A DNA stretch of 64,000 nt from Sminthopsis crassicaudata (lineage: Eukaryota), in contig NC_133618.1 of the NCBI RefSeq assembly GCF_048593235.1, positions 930,001-994,000 on the forward strand, in the 5' to 3' direction. Shown one piece after another: positions 26,738 through 38,110 of the stretch. The position numbers were made by a program, and so were the translations under genes. Position 1 is the first letter of the stretch; every line of letters starts with the position of its first letter. The notes beneath the pieces were generated by a model. The model saw only the letters and a list, made by a program, of their open reading frames with translations. It was not told where the DNA came from and ran no database searches.

Positions 26738-27327
26738 NNNNNNNNNNNNNNNNNNNNNNNNNNNNNNNNNNNNNNNNNNNNNNNNNNNNNNNNNNNNNNN
26801 NNNNNNNNNNNNNNNNNNNNNNNNNNNNNNNNNNNNNNNNNNNNNNNNNNNNNNNNNNNNNNNNNNNNNNNNNNNNNNNNNNNNNNNNNNNNNNNNNNNN
26901 NNNNNNNNNNNNNNNNNNNNNNNNNNNNNNNNNNNNNNNNNNNNNNNNNNNNNNNNNNNNNNNNNNNNNNNNNNNNNNNNNNNNNNNNNNNNNNNNNNNN
27001 NNNNNNNNNNNNNNNNNNNNNNNNNNNNNNNNNNNNNNNNNNNNNNNNNNNNNNNNNNNNNNNNNNNNNNNNNNNNNNNNNNNNNNNNNNNNNNNNNNNN
27101 NNNNNNNNNNNNNNNNNNNNNNNNNNNNNNNNNNNNNNNNNNNNNNNNNNNNNNNNNNNNNNNNNNNNNNNNNNNNNNNNNNNNNNNNNNNNNNNNNNNN
27201 NNNNNNNNNNNNNNNNNNNNNNNNNNNNNNNNNNNNNNNNNNNNNNNNNNNNNNNNNNNNNNNNNNNNNNNNNNNNNNNNNNNNNNNNNNNNNNNNNNNN
27301 NNNNNNNNNNNNNNNNNNNNNNNNNNN
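26738..27327. other. Assembly gap (590 N)
   Basis: Run of n bases. Confidence 1.
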
Positions 27328-27747
27328 CACCTATATGCGTATGAATGATCCCTGCATTAGACGTAGCATTCCCACAAAGGCGGGAGACGGAAGCCATCCA
27401 CCTACATAGCACCAGGGGAAGCCGTGGCTTGGTGAGGACGCTCAGCAAGAGAGCAGGACCAGTGACCGAGCCCCTGAAGCCTCCGGAGGAAATGAAGAGT
27501 GGCAGCAGGCCCTGAGCAGAGGGACGAAGTGCTTCCCGGGTCACCGCTGACCTGGGGACAGAGCTCAAAGGGCTGAGGAATGAAGGGAGAGCAAGGAAAC
27601 GAAGGCACTGACAGCCGAAGCTAGAGCTCGGGACAGAATGTTGTCAGTAAAAAAGTCAGTAGAGAAACTGTCAGGTGACACACTTGGGCCCTCAGCTCTG
27701 CCAGGTTGCTGCCAGGATCTGCTGCTCAGTCACGTCCCCGGAACAAG

Positions 27748-28560
27748 ATGGCGACGGTTGGAGTCAGTGGATCTGGCCGGATGGGGTAGCTGGAGACCAG
27801 GGCTGCATTCACCTCGGGGGAGTGGACGCTTTGGCCATCAGCGACCCCCCCTTCATTGACCTCAGTTTCATGGTCTGTGTGCTTCGATGGCAAGTTCCAG
27901 GGCACCATCAAGGCTGAGAATGGAAAGCTGGTGCTCAGTGGAGAAGCTGTTAGCGTCCTCCCGGAGTGGGATCCTAGCAACGTTCCAGGGGGAGAGGCTG
28001 GCCCCGGGTGTGCGGTAGAGTCCGGTGCTGTCTTTGCCACTCTGGAAGGGGGGGTCATTACCTCTGCCACTTTTGCTGATGCCCCAGTGTTCGGTAAGGG
28101 AGCAAACCATGAGGAATAGGAGAATTCCCTCCACACTGTCGGGAATGCCGCCTGCACTACAGCTGCCCGGCCCCCTCGGCCGAGGTCGGGCGCTTGTGTT
28201 CCCAGAAGACAGGCCGGACGTGGTGCTGCCCGGCACGGCTCCCCTGCTGCTAAGGCTGTAGGCAGACTCACACCTGAGCTGAATGGGGGGATCACGGGTC
28301 CCAGTGGATCTGTTGCCTGAAGAAACCCGCCAGATGTGGCCAGAAAGGGGGGAAGCAAGAGTCATGGGGCCCCAGAAGAGTGGCTTGGGCTTCACAGACC
28401 AGGTTCTATCCCATGACTTGAATAGTGGCACCCAGTCTGTCGCCTCTGCTGCTGCTGCGGCCTTCAATCACCATTTAGTTCAGTGTGTTTCCTCGGGCAA
28501 CAATGAGTAAGATGACAGCAACCACGTCGTAGGTCCCGTGGTCTCCGTGGCCTCTAAGGG
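27748..28560 (+). pseudogene. GAPDH: Heavily decayed processed pseudogene of GAPDH
   Basis: Intronless, with stops, frameshifts and internal deletions. MATVGVSGSGRMG*; LAISDPPFIDLSFMV; GKFQGTIKAENGKLVL; ADAPVFGKGANHEE*; NAACTT; AAKAVG; LGFTDQVLSHDLNSGT; end VASK. Colinear with GAPDH from N- to C-terminus. Confidence 0.92.
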
Positions 28561-29149
28561 GCCAAGTGGGAAGCTGCGGATCATCATCTCTAGCCAGGAG
28601 AGGAGCTCATACCCCTAGCCTCTGTCCCTAGCATCCTAGACTGGGGATCCCATGCCCATTCACATCCTTGTCCCAAAGCTCTCCAGCGGTAGGGGGGAGA
28701 AACCTCGAGTCCCAAATGGCGTGCCATCAATAAAATCACTATTCAGAGAGAGAGAGACAGAGACAGAGAGAGAGACAGAGAGAGAGAGTGAAAGGCCAGA
28801 GCGAACAAGCACAGTGAGGAAATGTGGCCAGGTTGCATTTTGTCTGAACAAGATCAGCAGGCTTGGTGGGCCTTGAGCGTGGCATGAGTCCACGGTGGGA
28901 TACAGCAGGGAAAAAAGATTCAGCTTCCAGGAATAGGATGCCGGGAGCCCGCAGGAGCACGGGAGGTGTTTTCCTAATTGTTCGTTGAAGACAAAGCCCA
29001 AGAGAAAATTTCATCTGAGAAATGAACAGCCCATCAGACAGCGTTAATGAACACCCTGGGCGTGCCAGGCACCGAGCTGAGGATCCCGAGAAAGGAGCCC
29101 CTGCCCTTGGGGAGCCGGCCTCAGCCTGAGGAGGAGACGGCATGCAAAC

Positions 29150-29520
29150 AGCGAGATCCGTACGGATAAACTGAGGATAATCCTTAGAGGGATTGGGGGA
29201 AGCTTCCCGTAGAAGGCCCGCTTTTAGCAGGGACTCAAGAGGCAGAGGCCAGGAAGGCGAAGGAGCGCTGTAGGCCAGGAGCTGATGGAAGCGGGGACGA
29301 GGCAGGAGCCGTGCTCGGAGGGCGTCGGGACCCTTGGGCCGGCCAGCGGTCGCCCCCTCAGGCCTGGAGCTTCCCTTGTTCGGGCTTCCGGAGCCCCTCT
29401 CCGATGATGGCGACGAGGTGCTGTGGCCGATCGGCCCGTCTCGCGCCTTGGTGAGGCCTGACTGGGCGATGCTTTGACAAAGGCGGCGAAGTCTCCGCTG
29501 GCGCTCGGCCCGCACCTCCA
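29150..29520 (+). mobile_element. GC-enriched L3/CR1 reverse transcriptase region fragment
   Basis: CTGTAGGCCAGGAGCTGA resembles the recalled L3 CTATAGGCCAGTGAGCTTGA (YRPVSL). GACTGGGCGATGCTTTGACAAAG resembles the DFSKAFDK segment. The two are in the correct order. Confidence 0.5.
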
Positions 29521-29794
29521 GGTCCTGAGGGCCCGTGGCGGCCCAGCCGCAGGGCAGGGACACCTTTGGTGGGCTCCGGGAGGCCGCCGCGGCGGAGGGG
29601 GCAAAGGCGAGCTCCTTCCCGCGCTCCACACTTGCAGTACACGGCGGCCCCCCCTTCCGCACCCTCTGGGTGCATCTAGAGAGCCCCAGAATAAGGCACA
29701 AGGGCGGAGCCCTCCCCATTCCAGGCCTTCAGCTCTTACTCTCGGGGGACAGCCTCAGACCCGGGAATTCTGGGGGTGGGCCTGATTGTTCTAG

Positions 29795-29913
29795 GGGGCG
29801 GGGCCCGGATGCTCACCCCTCGGTGGGAGAGCGAGACCCAGGGACTGGGGGGGCGGGGCCCCAACTCTCCTGACGTGGGCGGGGCCCTACTGTTCTCCGG
29901 CTGGGGGCGGGGC
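29795..29913. promoter_or_regulatory. Cluster of four GC boxes plus TGACGT; candidate WDCP promoter
   Basis: GGGGCGGGGC at 29795, 29850 and 29904; TGGGCGGGGC at 29876; TGACGT at 29871; a downstream donor TGG|GTGAGT at 30163. Confidence 0.45.
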
Positions 29914-30589
29914 TCAGCTGCCCTTCCCTCGGGCTCAAGTTGGAACCACACAGAACTTTACGTACCCCTTCCACCCCCCCTGTCCCCCTCCCCGTCCCCC
30001 CCTACCCCCCCCAAAGTGTGCAGAGCCCTCACTGCCGTGCATTCCGTTGCTCCAAGCCTCAGTAGAGACAGGTGCTCCTCCCATAATCCTTCTGGAGGAG
30101 GGGTGCCCTCCCTCTAGGATCCTTGAGGGCTCACCCCTGCCCTGCCCTGATGTCTGTCCTGGGTGAGTATCTGGGAGGGCCCCCCGAGGAACAGTAGTGC
30201 TCTTCCCCCCACCCCACCCGTCCGCTAGGACTGAGCCGGCTCCGTTCACTTGGGCCACTTGTTGGGCGGAACAGAAAGGATTGTTAAAATGGGAAGCGGC
30301 CATTCCAGAGGACCAGAGGAGCGGTCACTTGTCCAGGGCCCTACTATGGCCCCTCGCACTGGGGTCAGTGCACATCACTCACTCGGCTTCGTGACCTTTC
30401 TCTGGCATCATAATAGGGGTTCCTCTCTTTAGACGCAGGCTGTGCTCGAGCTCGGAGCCCTTCTTTCTCACCCTTGCCTCATGGAACCCCTAATTCTCTT
30501 CAAGGCTTAGCTCAAGGGTCCCCTATTCCAGGCGGCCTTTTCCTTTTTTCCCTCTCTAATTCTCTGTGATCCTTTGTTTTATTTTTCCT

Positions 30590-33500
30590 TTAAGCTGAGA
30601 ATTTTTTTAAATGATATATTTTTTTATTTTTTCCAGTTACATGGAAAAAAAAAATGTTTTTAAAACGTTGAGTTCCAGATTAACTCCTTTCCTCCCCTCT
30701 CACTTCTGCCCCATTGAGAAGGCACACGTGAAGTTGTGCTGTAATTTTTGTCAAAGTCATGTTGAGAAAGAAAACAAATTCCTCCCCCCCCCTGCCAAAA
30801 AAAAAATAACCTGAGAAAAAAGTTTAAAGAAAAAAGTATGCTTCAGTCTCTTTCTCTGGGTATGAGTAGCAGTTTTCCTCAGAGTCCTTCAGAGTTGTCT
30901 TGGAGGTTTGTGTTGGTGAGAGCAGCAGAGTCATTCCCAGCTGATCATCCTACAACATTGCTATTATTTTGTACACAGACTCTTTCATTTTGCATGTGCT
31001 CATGCAGCACTTTCCAGGTTTTTCTGAGAGCATCCTGCTCATCATTTCTTATAGAATAGTATTCCATCACAATCCCATACCACAATTTATTCAACTGTCC
31101 CCAGTTGACGAGCATCCCCTCAATTTCAGTTCTTTGCCTTGAGAAATGAGCTGCTATTAATTTGTACAAATAGATCCTTTTCCTTTTCCTTCCCCCTCCC
31201 CCCTTTAGAAAAAAACATGGTGGTATTGTTAGGTCGAAGGATCCACATGATTTTATAGCCCACCCTTTGGGCATAGTCAATATCTTTTGATCAATTATTG
31301 GGGAATGGCTCTTAATTTGTAGCAGTTTGTCTCAGTTCCCTATTCATTGGAGAAAAAAGGCCTTCAGAGAAACTATCTTCAAAATTCTTTTCACAGTTGC
31401 TATTGCTAATTGTTCCTCCTCTCCTCCAGTTGTTTTCTCTCTCCTTTTACCCTGTCCCTTCGCAAAAGTGTTTTACTTCTGATCATCCGCTCCTCCATAG
31501 ACTGTTCCCCCTTCTCTCTTTTCCCTTCCCCTCCTACTTTCCTGCAGGATAAGATAAATTTCAATACCCGTATCCTCTTTGAGCAAATTCTGATGAGATA
31601 AGGTTGACTCCCCTTCCTCTGTCCCTCTCCTCCTCCACTGTTTCAGCTTTTTTTTTTTTTTGCCTCTTTTATGGCAGATAATTTATGCCCTTCCACCTCT
31701 TCCTTTTCCCTTCTTCCATACATTCCCCTCTTACCTCTTAATTTTATTATTTTGGATATTATCCCTTCATATTCAGCTCATACCAGTGCCCTCTGTCTAG
31801 ATATACTCCTGCCATAACAATGAGAAAGCTCTTTTGAGTTACAAGGGTCATCCTTCTGTGTAGTAATGTAAATAGATAAAACTCATATCTTTTCCTAGTT
31901 ATTTCCTTATGGTTTTGAGTTTTGTATTTGAAAATTAATTTTTCTGCTCCGCTCTGGTCTTTTTATTGCGAATGCTCAAATGCTTGAAATTCCTCTATTT
32001 CACTAAATATCCATTTTTTGCACCTTATGAATTATATTCAGTTTTGCTGGGTAAGTGATTCTTGGTTGTCATCCTAATTGCTCTCCAAAATATTAGATTC
32101 CAAGTCTTCCAATCCTTTATTAGAGAAGTTGCTAAATTCTGTGTTCTCCTGACTCTGGCTTCCCCATACTTGAATTGCTTTTTTCTGGATGCTTGCAGTA
32201 TTTACTCTTTGACCCTCAGAGTTCTGGAATTTGGCTATAATATTCCTGGGAGTTTTCATCTTGGGATCTCTTTCAGGAGATAATCAGTGGATTCTTTTGA
32301 TTTCTAATTTACCCTCTGGTTCTAGAATATCAGGATGTCTTCCTTGATCATTTTTTGAAAGATGATGTTCAGAATTTTTTCTTTTTTGATCATTACTTTC
32401 AGGTAGATCAATAATTTTTAAATTATCTGTCCTGGATCTATTTTCCAGCTCAATAATTTTTCCAACAAGATATTTTACATTCTTTTCTATTTCTTCATTC
32501 TTTTGGTTTTATTATATTGCTTCTTAATTAAAACAAAACAAAACAAAACAAACATTAGTTTCCATTTGCTCAATTCTAATTTCTAAGTAATTTTCTTAAG
32601 TGAACTTTTGTATTTCCTTTCCCACTTGGCCAATTTTGCTTTTTAACTTTTTCTTTTGCATCTCATTTCTCTTCCCATTTTTTCTTCTGTCTCTTCTATC
32701 TCTGTTACTTGATTTTCAGAATCCCTTGTAAGCTCTTCCATGGCCTGAGACCATTGGAGGCTTTGGATAGAGTTGGGAGTCGGGAGGCTTTGCTTTTGTT
32801 ATCTTCTTCTGAACATGTTTTCATCTTTCTTGTCATCATAGTAACTTTCTATTCTCAGAATCTTTTCCTGTTGTTTGCTCATGTTCCCCAGCTTATTACT
32901 TGGACTTTAACTCTTTGTTAAAGTAGGCCTCTGTGCAAAAATATTTGTGGCAGCCCTTTTTGTAGTGGCAAGAAGCTGGAAACTGAGTGGATATCCATCA
33001 CTTGAGGAATGGCTGAATAAGTTATGTTACATGAGTGTTATGGAATATTATTGTTCTGTAAGAAACGACCAGCACGATGATTTCAGAGAGACTTGGAGAG
33101 ACTTGTATGAACTGATACTGAGTGAAAGGAGCAAAACCAGGAGGTCATTATATACTTCAAAAACAATACTATATAATGATCAATTCTGATGGACGTGGCT
33201 CTTTTCAACAATGAGATGATTGAGGCTGGTTCCAATGATCTTGTGATGAAGAGACATCTACACCTAGGGAGAGACTGTGGAAACTGGATGTGGATTACAA
33301 CACAACCTTCTCACTCTTTTTGATGTTTGCTTGCATTGTTTTTTTACTCATTTTCTTTCCTTTTTGATCTGATTTTTCTTTTGCAGCATGATAATTGTAC
33401 AAATATGTTTACACATATTGGATTTAACATATATTTTAACATAGTTCATATGTATTGGACTACTTGCCATCTAGGGGAGGGGATGGGGGGAAGACGGGGA

Positions 33501-34180
33501 AAATCTGAAAAACAAGGCTATGCAAGGGGTCAATGTTGAAAAATTATTTGTGCATATGTTTGAAAATAAAAAGCTTTAGTTAAGAAATAATAAAATAGGC
33601 TTCTGTTTCTGGGTGCAATGGCCCAAGGAGGGGTTTTTAATGCTGTTTTCAGAACTGTTCCTAGAGACCTGTAAGCTTTCAGTTCTTACAAAGAGAAGCG
33701 TGTTTGAGCACTCTTTTCTGCTCTGTACTGAGAGGAGAGTGCGATGCTGCCCTAGGACTGTGAGATGCTAAAAAGAGCCCTTCCTTAGTGCTAGTAAAGA
33801 TACTTCCTGTGGGCTGAGGCCTTCAGAGCTGCCCTGCTACTGCCCACATTCACTCTTGGTTTGCTGGTTTCCCAAGGCCATCACCCTGCTGTCCATCCAA
33901 GTTATCTTAGGTGTCTCTGGGCTGAGAGGTCTGGAAACTGTTGGTACTGATTCGGAGGCCCAAGGGCCACCTGTGCTTTGCTGGAGCCTGGGCTTCCTAT
34001 GCCAGACTACGAGGGACTCCCGCTCTAGTTCAACAGACCCTTCCTGCTGACCTTCTAAGTTGTCTTTGGCTGGAAAATTGTCCCCTCTGACTTTGTGTGG
34101 GTTTTGACTCTAAAATTTGTGTAGAATTGTTATTAGAGGGGCTGGATGCATTCCTGCCTTCCCTTTGCCATCTTGGCTCC
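30590..34180 (-). mobile_element. Internally deleted LINE-1 (5'UTR, ORF1 remnants, 3' end)
   Basis: Minus-strand KTPRNIIAKFQ (about 32250) is L1 ORF1p C-terminal. Minus-strand LNKLWYGIVMEYYSIRND (about 31080) is the ORF2 end. GCCATCTTGGCTCC at about 34167 is typical of the reverse-complemented marsupial L1 5' region. Confidence 0.7.
32936..33590 (+). mobile_element. 5'-truncated L1 3' end nested in the older L1
   Basis: [42 protein letters not shown], then 3'UTR and an A-rich tail. Flanked by TAAAGTAGGCCTCTGT (32920) and TAAAATAGGCTTCTGT (33591). Confidence 0.85.
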
Positions 34181-35403
34181 ATTTCCTCCCTGAAGGCCTT
34201 TCTCTGGCCGCCAGCAGCTGGGAGTTCCAGAACTTCCTCTGCTTCTTAGGTGGTTCCGGGGCTGAATGCCCACCCAGAATGTCAGCGGGGGCTGCGCCAT
34301 TTGGGCGTGTGACCCGATGTAGCGCAGAATCTGTCACCCAGGGGAAGCGGTCAAATTGAATTTATCAAAGCACGAGGTTGGTGAAGTTTGTCTGGCTCCA
34401 GGTCAGTGGGAGGCCTTTGTGAGGGCCCTGGCCTGGTCCCAGGTGGCAGCCATTGAGGGCCTGCTCCAAAGACCAGTGGATTCCATGCAATTCTCAGCTG
34501 TCCTCGAGGGATCTAGAATGGTGGTCTCTCCTCTAGAGCAATCTGTGCCCTAAGAAAATAGTTGTTGGGCTTGCGGTGGAATCACAAGGGCAGGGCAGAA
34601 GCTGGCCAACAAGCACTGGGCGTTCCTAGGTGCCAGACGCTGCCCCCTACCCACTGGGAGCTGACATGTCACGAGGAGGAGACAACCACCAGCTGGGGGC
34701 AAACAGGAATCCGCCGGATGAGGGGCAAGGCCAGGCGCCCCACTGGGCGGGGCATTTCCTGGGGAACCAGAGGGCTGCTCTTAACCCAGTGCAGCTTCCC
34801 TGCTGTTTATCAATGCCCCGCCGAGCTCTCCCTCCTCCCCAAAGAGGCGCAGAGTAAGCAGGGTCTTGGCCACAACGGTTCTCAAGAACCACTTTGTTCC
34901 ACGGCCCAGGAGCCCCCCAGGCCAGGTCTGCTGCCGGCCATTGTGGAGAAAGAAGCCGGGGTGAGCCTCACAGGCAGCAGCGTCTGGGTGCCAGGTCCTT
35001 CTGGTCCAGGAGCAGGGTTGGTGATGGCTCTGCTTGTCCCCCTAAACCGCTTCCCTTTGGCCTCGGGGCCCGTGGAGTCAATTTCACCTCCCTCTGGACT
35101 GTGCGGTGACTGCTGGGGGTCTCCGGCCTTTCCTCCAACCATCCATCAAAGGGGTTTTCCTAGAGCAGGCATGTGACCATGTCAGCCCCTACTCAGTAAA
35201 AACTTGAGCGGTTTCCTTCCTGTTTGGCCTTCAGATCCTTTCACAACTTGCACTCCCTTCCCGCTTATTCTTTGTGCCCACAAGTCCGCTTTGCCCAGTG
35301 AGGCTCCATCTTCCACCTCTGGGCATTTCTCCCATGTCACCCGTGCCTGCCACATTCTCCCTTCTTATCTCTACCTCCTTCAATTCTCCCCTAAAAGGAC
35401 ACC

Positions 35404-38110
35404 TGCCCCGGCCCCCTCGATCCCCGGCTGGTTCTCTGGTGATTATTGTCGCCCGTTCTGCCCCGGCCCCCTCGATCCCGGGCTGGTTCTCTGGTGATTA
35501 TTGTCGCCATTCTTCCCCGGCCCCCTCGATCCCCGGCTGGTTCTCTGGTGATTATTGTCGCCGTTCTGCCCCGGCCCCCTTGATCCCGGGCTGGTTCTCT
35601 GGTGGTTATTGTCGCCCGTTCTGCCCCGGCCCCCTCGATCCCCGGCTGGTTCTCTGGTGATTATTGTCGCCCGATCCCGGGCTGGTTCTCTGGTGGTTAT
35701 TGTCGCCCGTTCTGCCCCGGCCCTCTCGATCCTTGAGCTTGTTCTCTGGTGATTATTGTCGCCCGTTCTGCCCCGGCCCCCTCGATCCTTGGGCTTGTTC
35801 TCTGGTGATTATTGTCGCCGTTCTGCCCTGGCCCCCTTGATCCCAGGCTGGTTCTCTGGTGATTATTGTCGCCCATTCTGCCCCGGCCCCCTCGATCCCG
35901 GGCTGGTTCTCTGGTGGTTATTGTCGCCCGTTCTGCCCCGGCCCCCTCGATCCCGGGCTGGTTCTCTGGTGATTATTGTCGCCCGATCCCGGGCTGGTTC
36001 TCTGGTGATTATTGTCGCCCGTTCTGCCCCGGCCCCCTCGATCCTTGGGCTTGTTCTCTGGTGATTATTGTCGCCCGTTCTGCCCCGGCCCCCTCGATCC
36101 CGGGCTGGTTCTCTGGTGATTATTGTCGCCCGTTCTGCCCCGGCCCCCTCGATCCCGGGCTGGTTCTCTGGTGGTTATTGTCGCCCGTTCTGCCCCGGCC
36201 CCCTCGATCCCCGGCTGGTTCTCTGGTGATTATTGTCGCCCGTTCTGCCCCGGCCCCCTCGATCCCGGGCTGGGTTCTCTGGTGATTACTTTTGCTCATT
36301 CTGCCCCGGCCCCCTCGATCCCCAGGCTGGTTCTCTGGTGATTATTGTCGCCCGTTCTGCCCCGGCCCCCTCGATCCCCAGGTTGGTTCTCTGGTGATTA
36401 TTGTCGCCCGTTCTGCCCCGGCCCCCTCGATCCCGGGCTGGGTTCTCTGGTGATTATTGTCGCCCGTTCTGCCCCGGCCCCCTCGATCCTTGGGCTTGTT
36501 CTCTGGTGATTATTGTCGCCCGTTCTGCCCCGGCCCCCTCGATCCCGGGCTGGTTCTCTGGTGATTATTGTCGCCCGTTCTGCCCCGGCCCCCTCGATCC
36601 CGGGCTGGTTCTCTGGTGGTTATTGTCGCCCGTTCTGCCCCGGCCCCCTCGATCCCCGGCTGGTTCTCTGGTGATTATTGTCGCCCGTTCTGCCCCGGCC
36701 CCCTCGATCCCGGGCTGGGTTCTCTGGTGATTACTTTTGCTCATTCTGCCCCGGCCCCCTCGATCCCCAGGCTGGTTCTCTGGTGATTATTGTCGCCCGT
36801 TCTGCCCCGGCCCCCTCGATCCCCAGGTTGGTTCTCTGGTGATTATTGTCGCCCGTTCTGCCCCGGCCCCCTCGATCCCGGGCTGGGTTCTCTGGTGATT
36901 ACTTTTGCTCATTCTGCCCCGGCCCCCTCGATCCTTGAGCTTGTTCTCTGGTGATTATTGTCGCCCGTTCTGCCCCGGCCCCCTCGATCCCGGGCTGGTT
37001 CTCTGGTGATTATTGTCGCCCGTTCTGCCCCGGTCCCCTCCATCCCAGGCTAGTTCTCTGGTGATTACTTTTGCTCATTCTGCCCCGGCCCCCTCGATCC
37101 CCGGCTGGTTCTCTGGTGATTATTGTCGCCGTTCTGCCCCGGCCCCCTCGATCCCGGGATGGTTCTCTGGTGATTATTGTCGCCCGTTCTGCCCCGGCCC
37201 CCTCGATCCCGGGCTGGTTCTCTGGTGATTATTGTCACCCGTTCTGCCCCGGCCCCCTCGATCCTTGGGCTTGTTCTCTGGTGATTATTGTCGCCGTTCT
37301 GCCCGGCCCCCTCGATCCCTGGGCTGGTTCTCTGGTGATTATTGTTGCCCGTTCTGCCCCGACCCCCTCGATCCCCGGCTGGTTCTCTGGTGATTATTGT
37401 CGCCCGATCCCGGGCTGGTTCTCTGGTGATTATTGTCGCCCGTTCTGCCCCGGCCCCCTCGATCCCGGGCTGGTTCTCTGGTGATTATTGTCGCCCGATC
37501 CCGGGCTGGTTCTCTGGTGATTATTGTCGCCCGTTCTGCCCCGGCCCCCTCGATCCCGGGCTGGTTCTCTGGTGATTATTGTCACCCGTTCTGCCCCGGC
37601 CCCCTCGATCCTTGGGCTTGTTCTCTGGTGATTATTGTCGCCGTTCTGCCCCGGCCCCCTCGATCCCGGGCTGGTTCTCTGGTGATTATTGTCACCCGTT
37701 CTGCCCCGGCCCCCTCGATCCTTGGGCTTGTTCTCTGGTGATTATTGTCGCCGTTCTGCCCCGGCCCCCTCGATCCCTGGGCTGGTTCTCTGGTGATTAT
37801 TGTTGCCCGTTCTGCCCCGACCCCCTCGATCCCCGGCTGGTTCTCTGGTGATTATTGTCGCCCGATCCCGGGCTGGTTCTCTGGTGATTATTGTCGCCCG
37901 TTCTGCCCCGGCCCCCTCGATCCCGGGCTGGTTCTCTGGTGATTATTGTCGCCCGATCCCGGGCTGGTTCTCTGGTGATTATTGTCGCCCGTTCTGCCCC
38001 GGCCCCCTCGATCCCTGGGCTGGTTCTCTGGTGATTATTGTCGCCCGTTCTGCCCCGGTCCCCTCCATCCCAGGCTGGTTCTCTGGTGATTACTTTTGCT
38101 CATTCTGCCC
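35404..38110. repeat. 2.7-kb CpG-rich minisatellite, 55-nt unit GCCCCGGCCCCCTCGATCCCGGGCTGGTTCTCTGGTGATTATTGTCGCCCGTTCT with a 36-nt deleted variant, about 50 copies
   Basis: Unit directly visible. Identical ORFs at 36123 and 36568 show a 445-bp higher-order duplication. Confidence 0.97.

Noticed and set aside
26551-27568. ORFs of 209-298 aa spanning X residues
   Set aside because: Artefacts of the N gap.
28739-29719. 326-aa minus-strand ORF starting just below the GC-box cluster
   Set aside because: No recognisable domain. It lies antisense to a GC-enriched L3 remnant and ends in a (GA)n microsatellite. Long ORFs are common at this GC content.
35404-38110. Regular repeat array superficially like CRISPR
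   Set aside because: Units are head-to-tail with no unique spacers, there are no cas genes, and the context is a vertebrate intron. It is a minisatellite.
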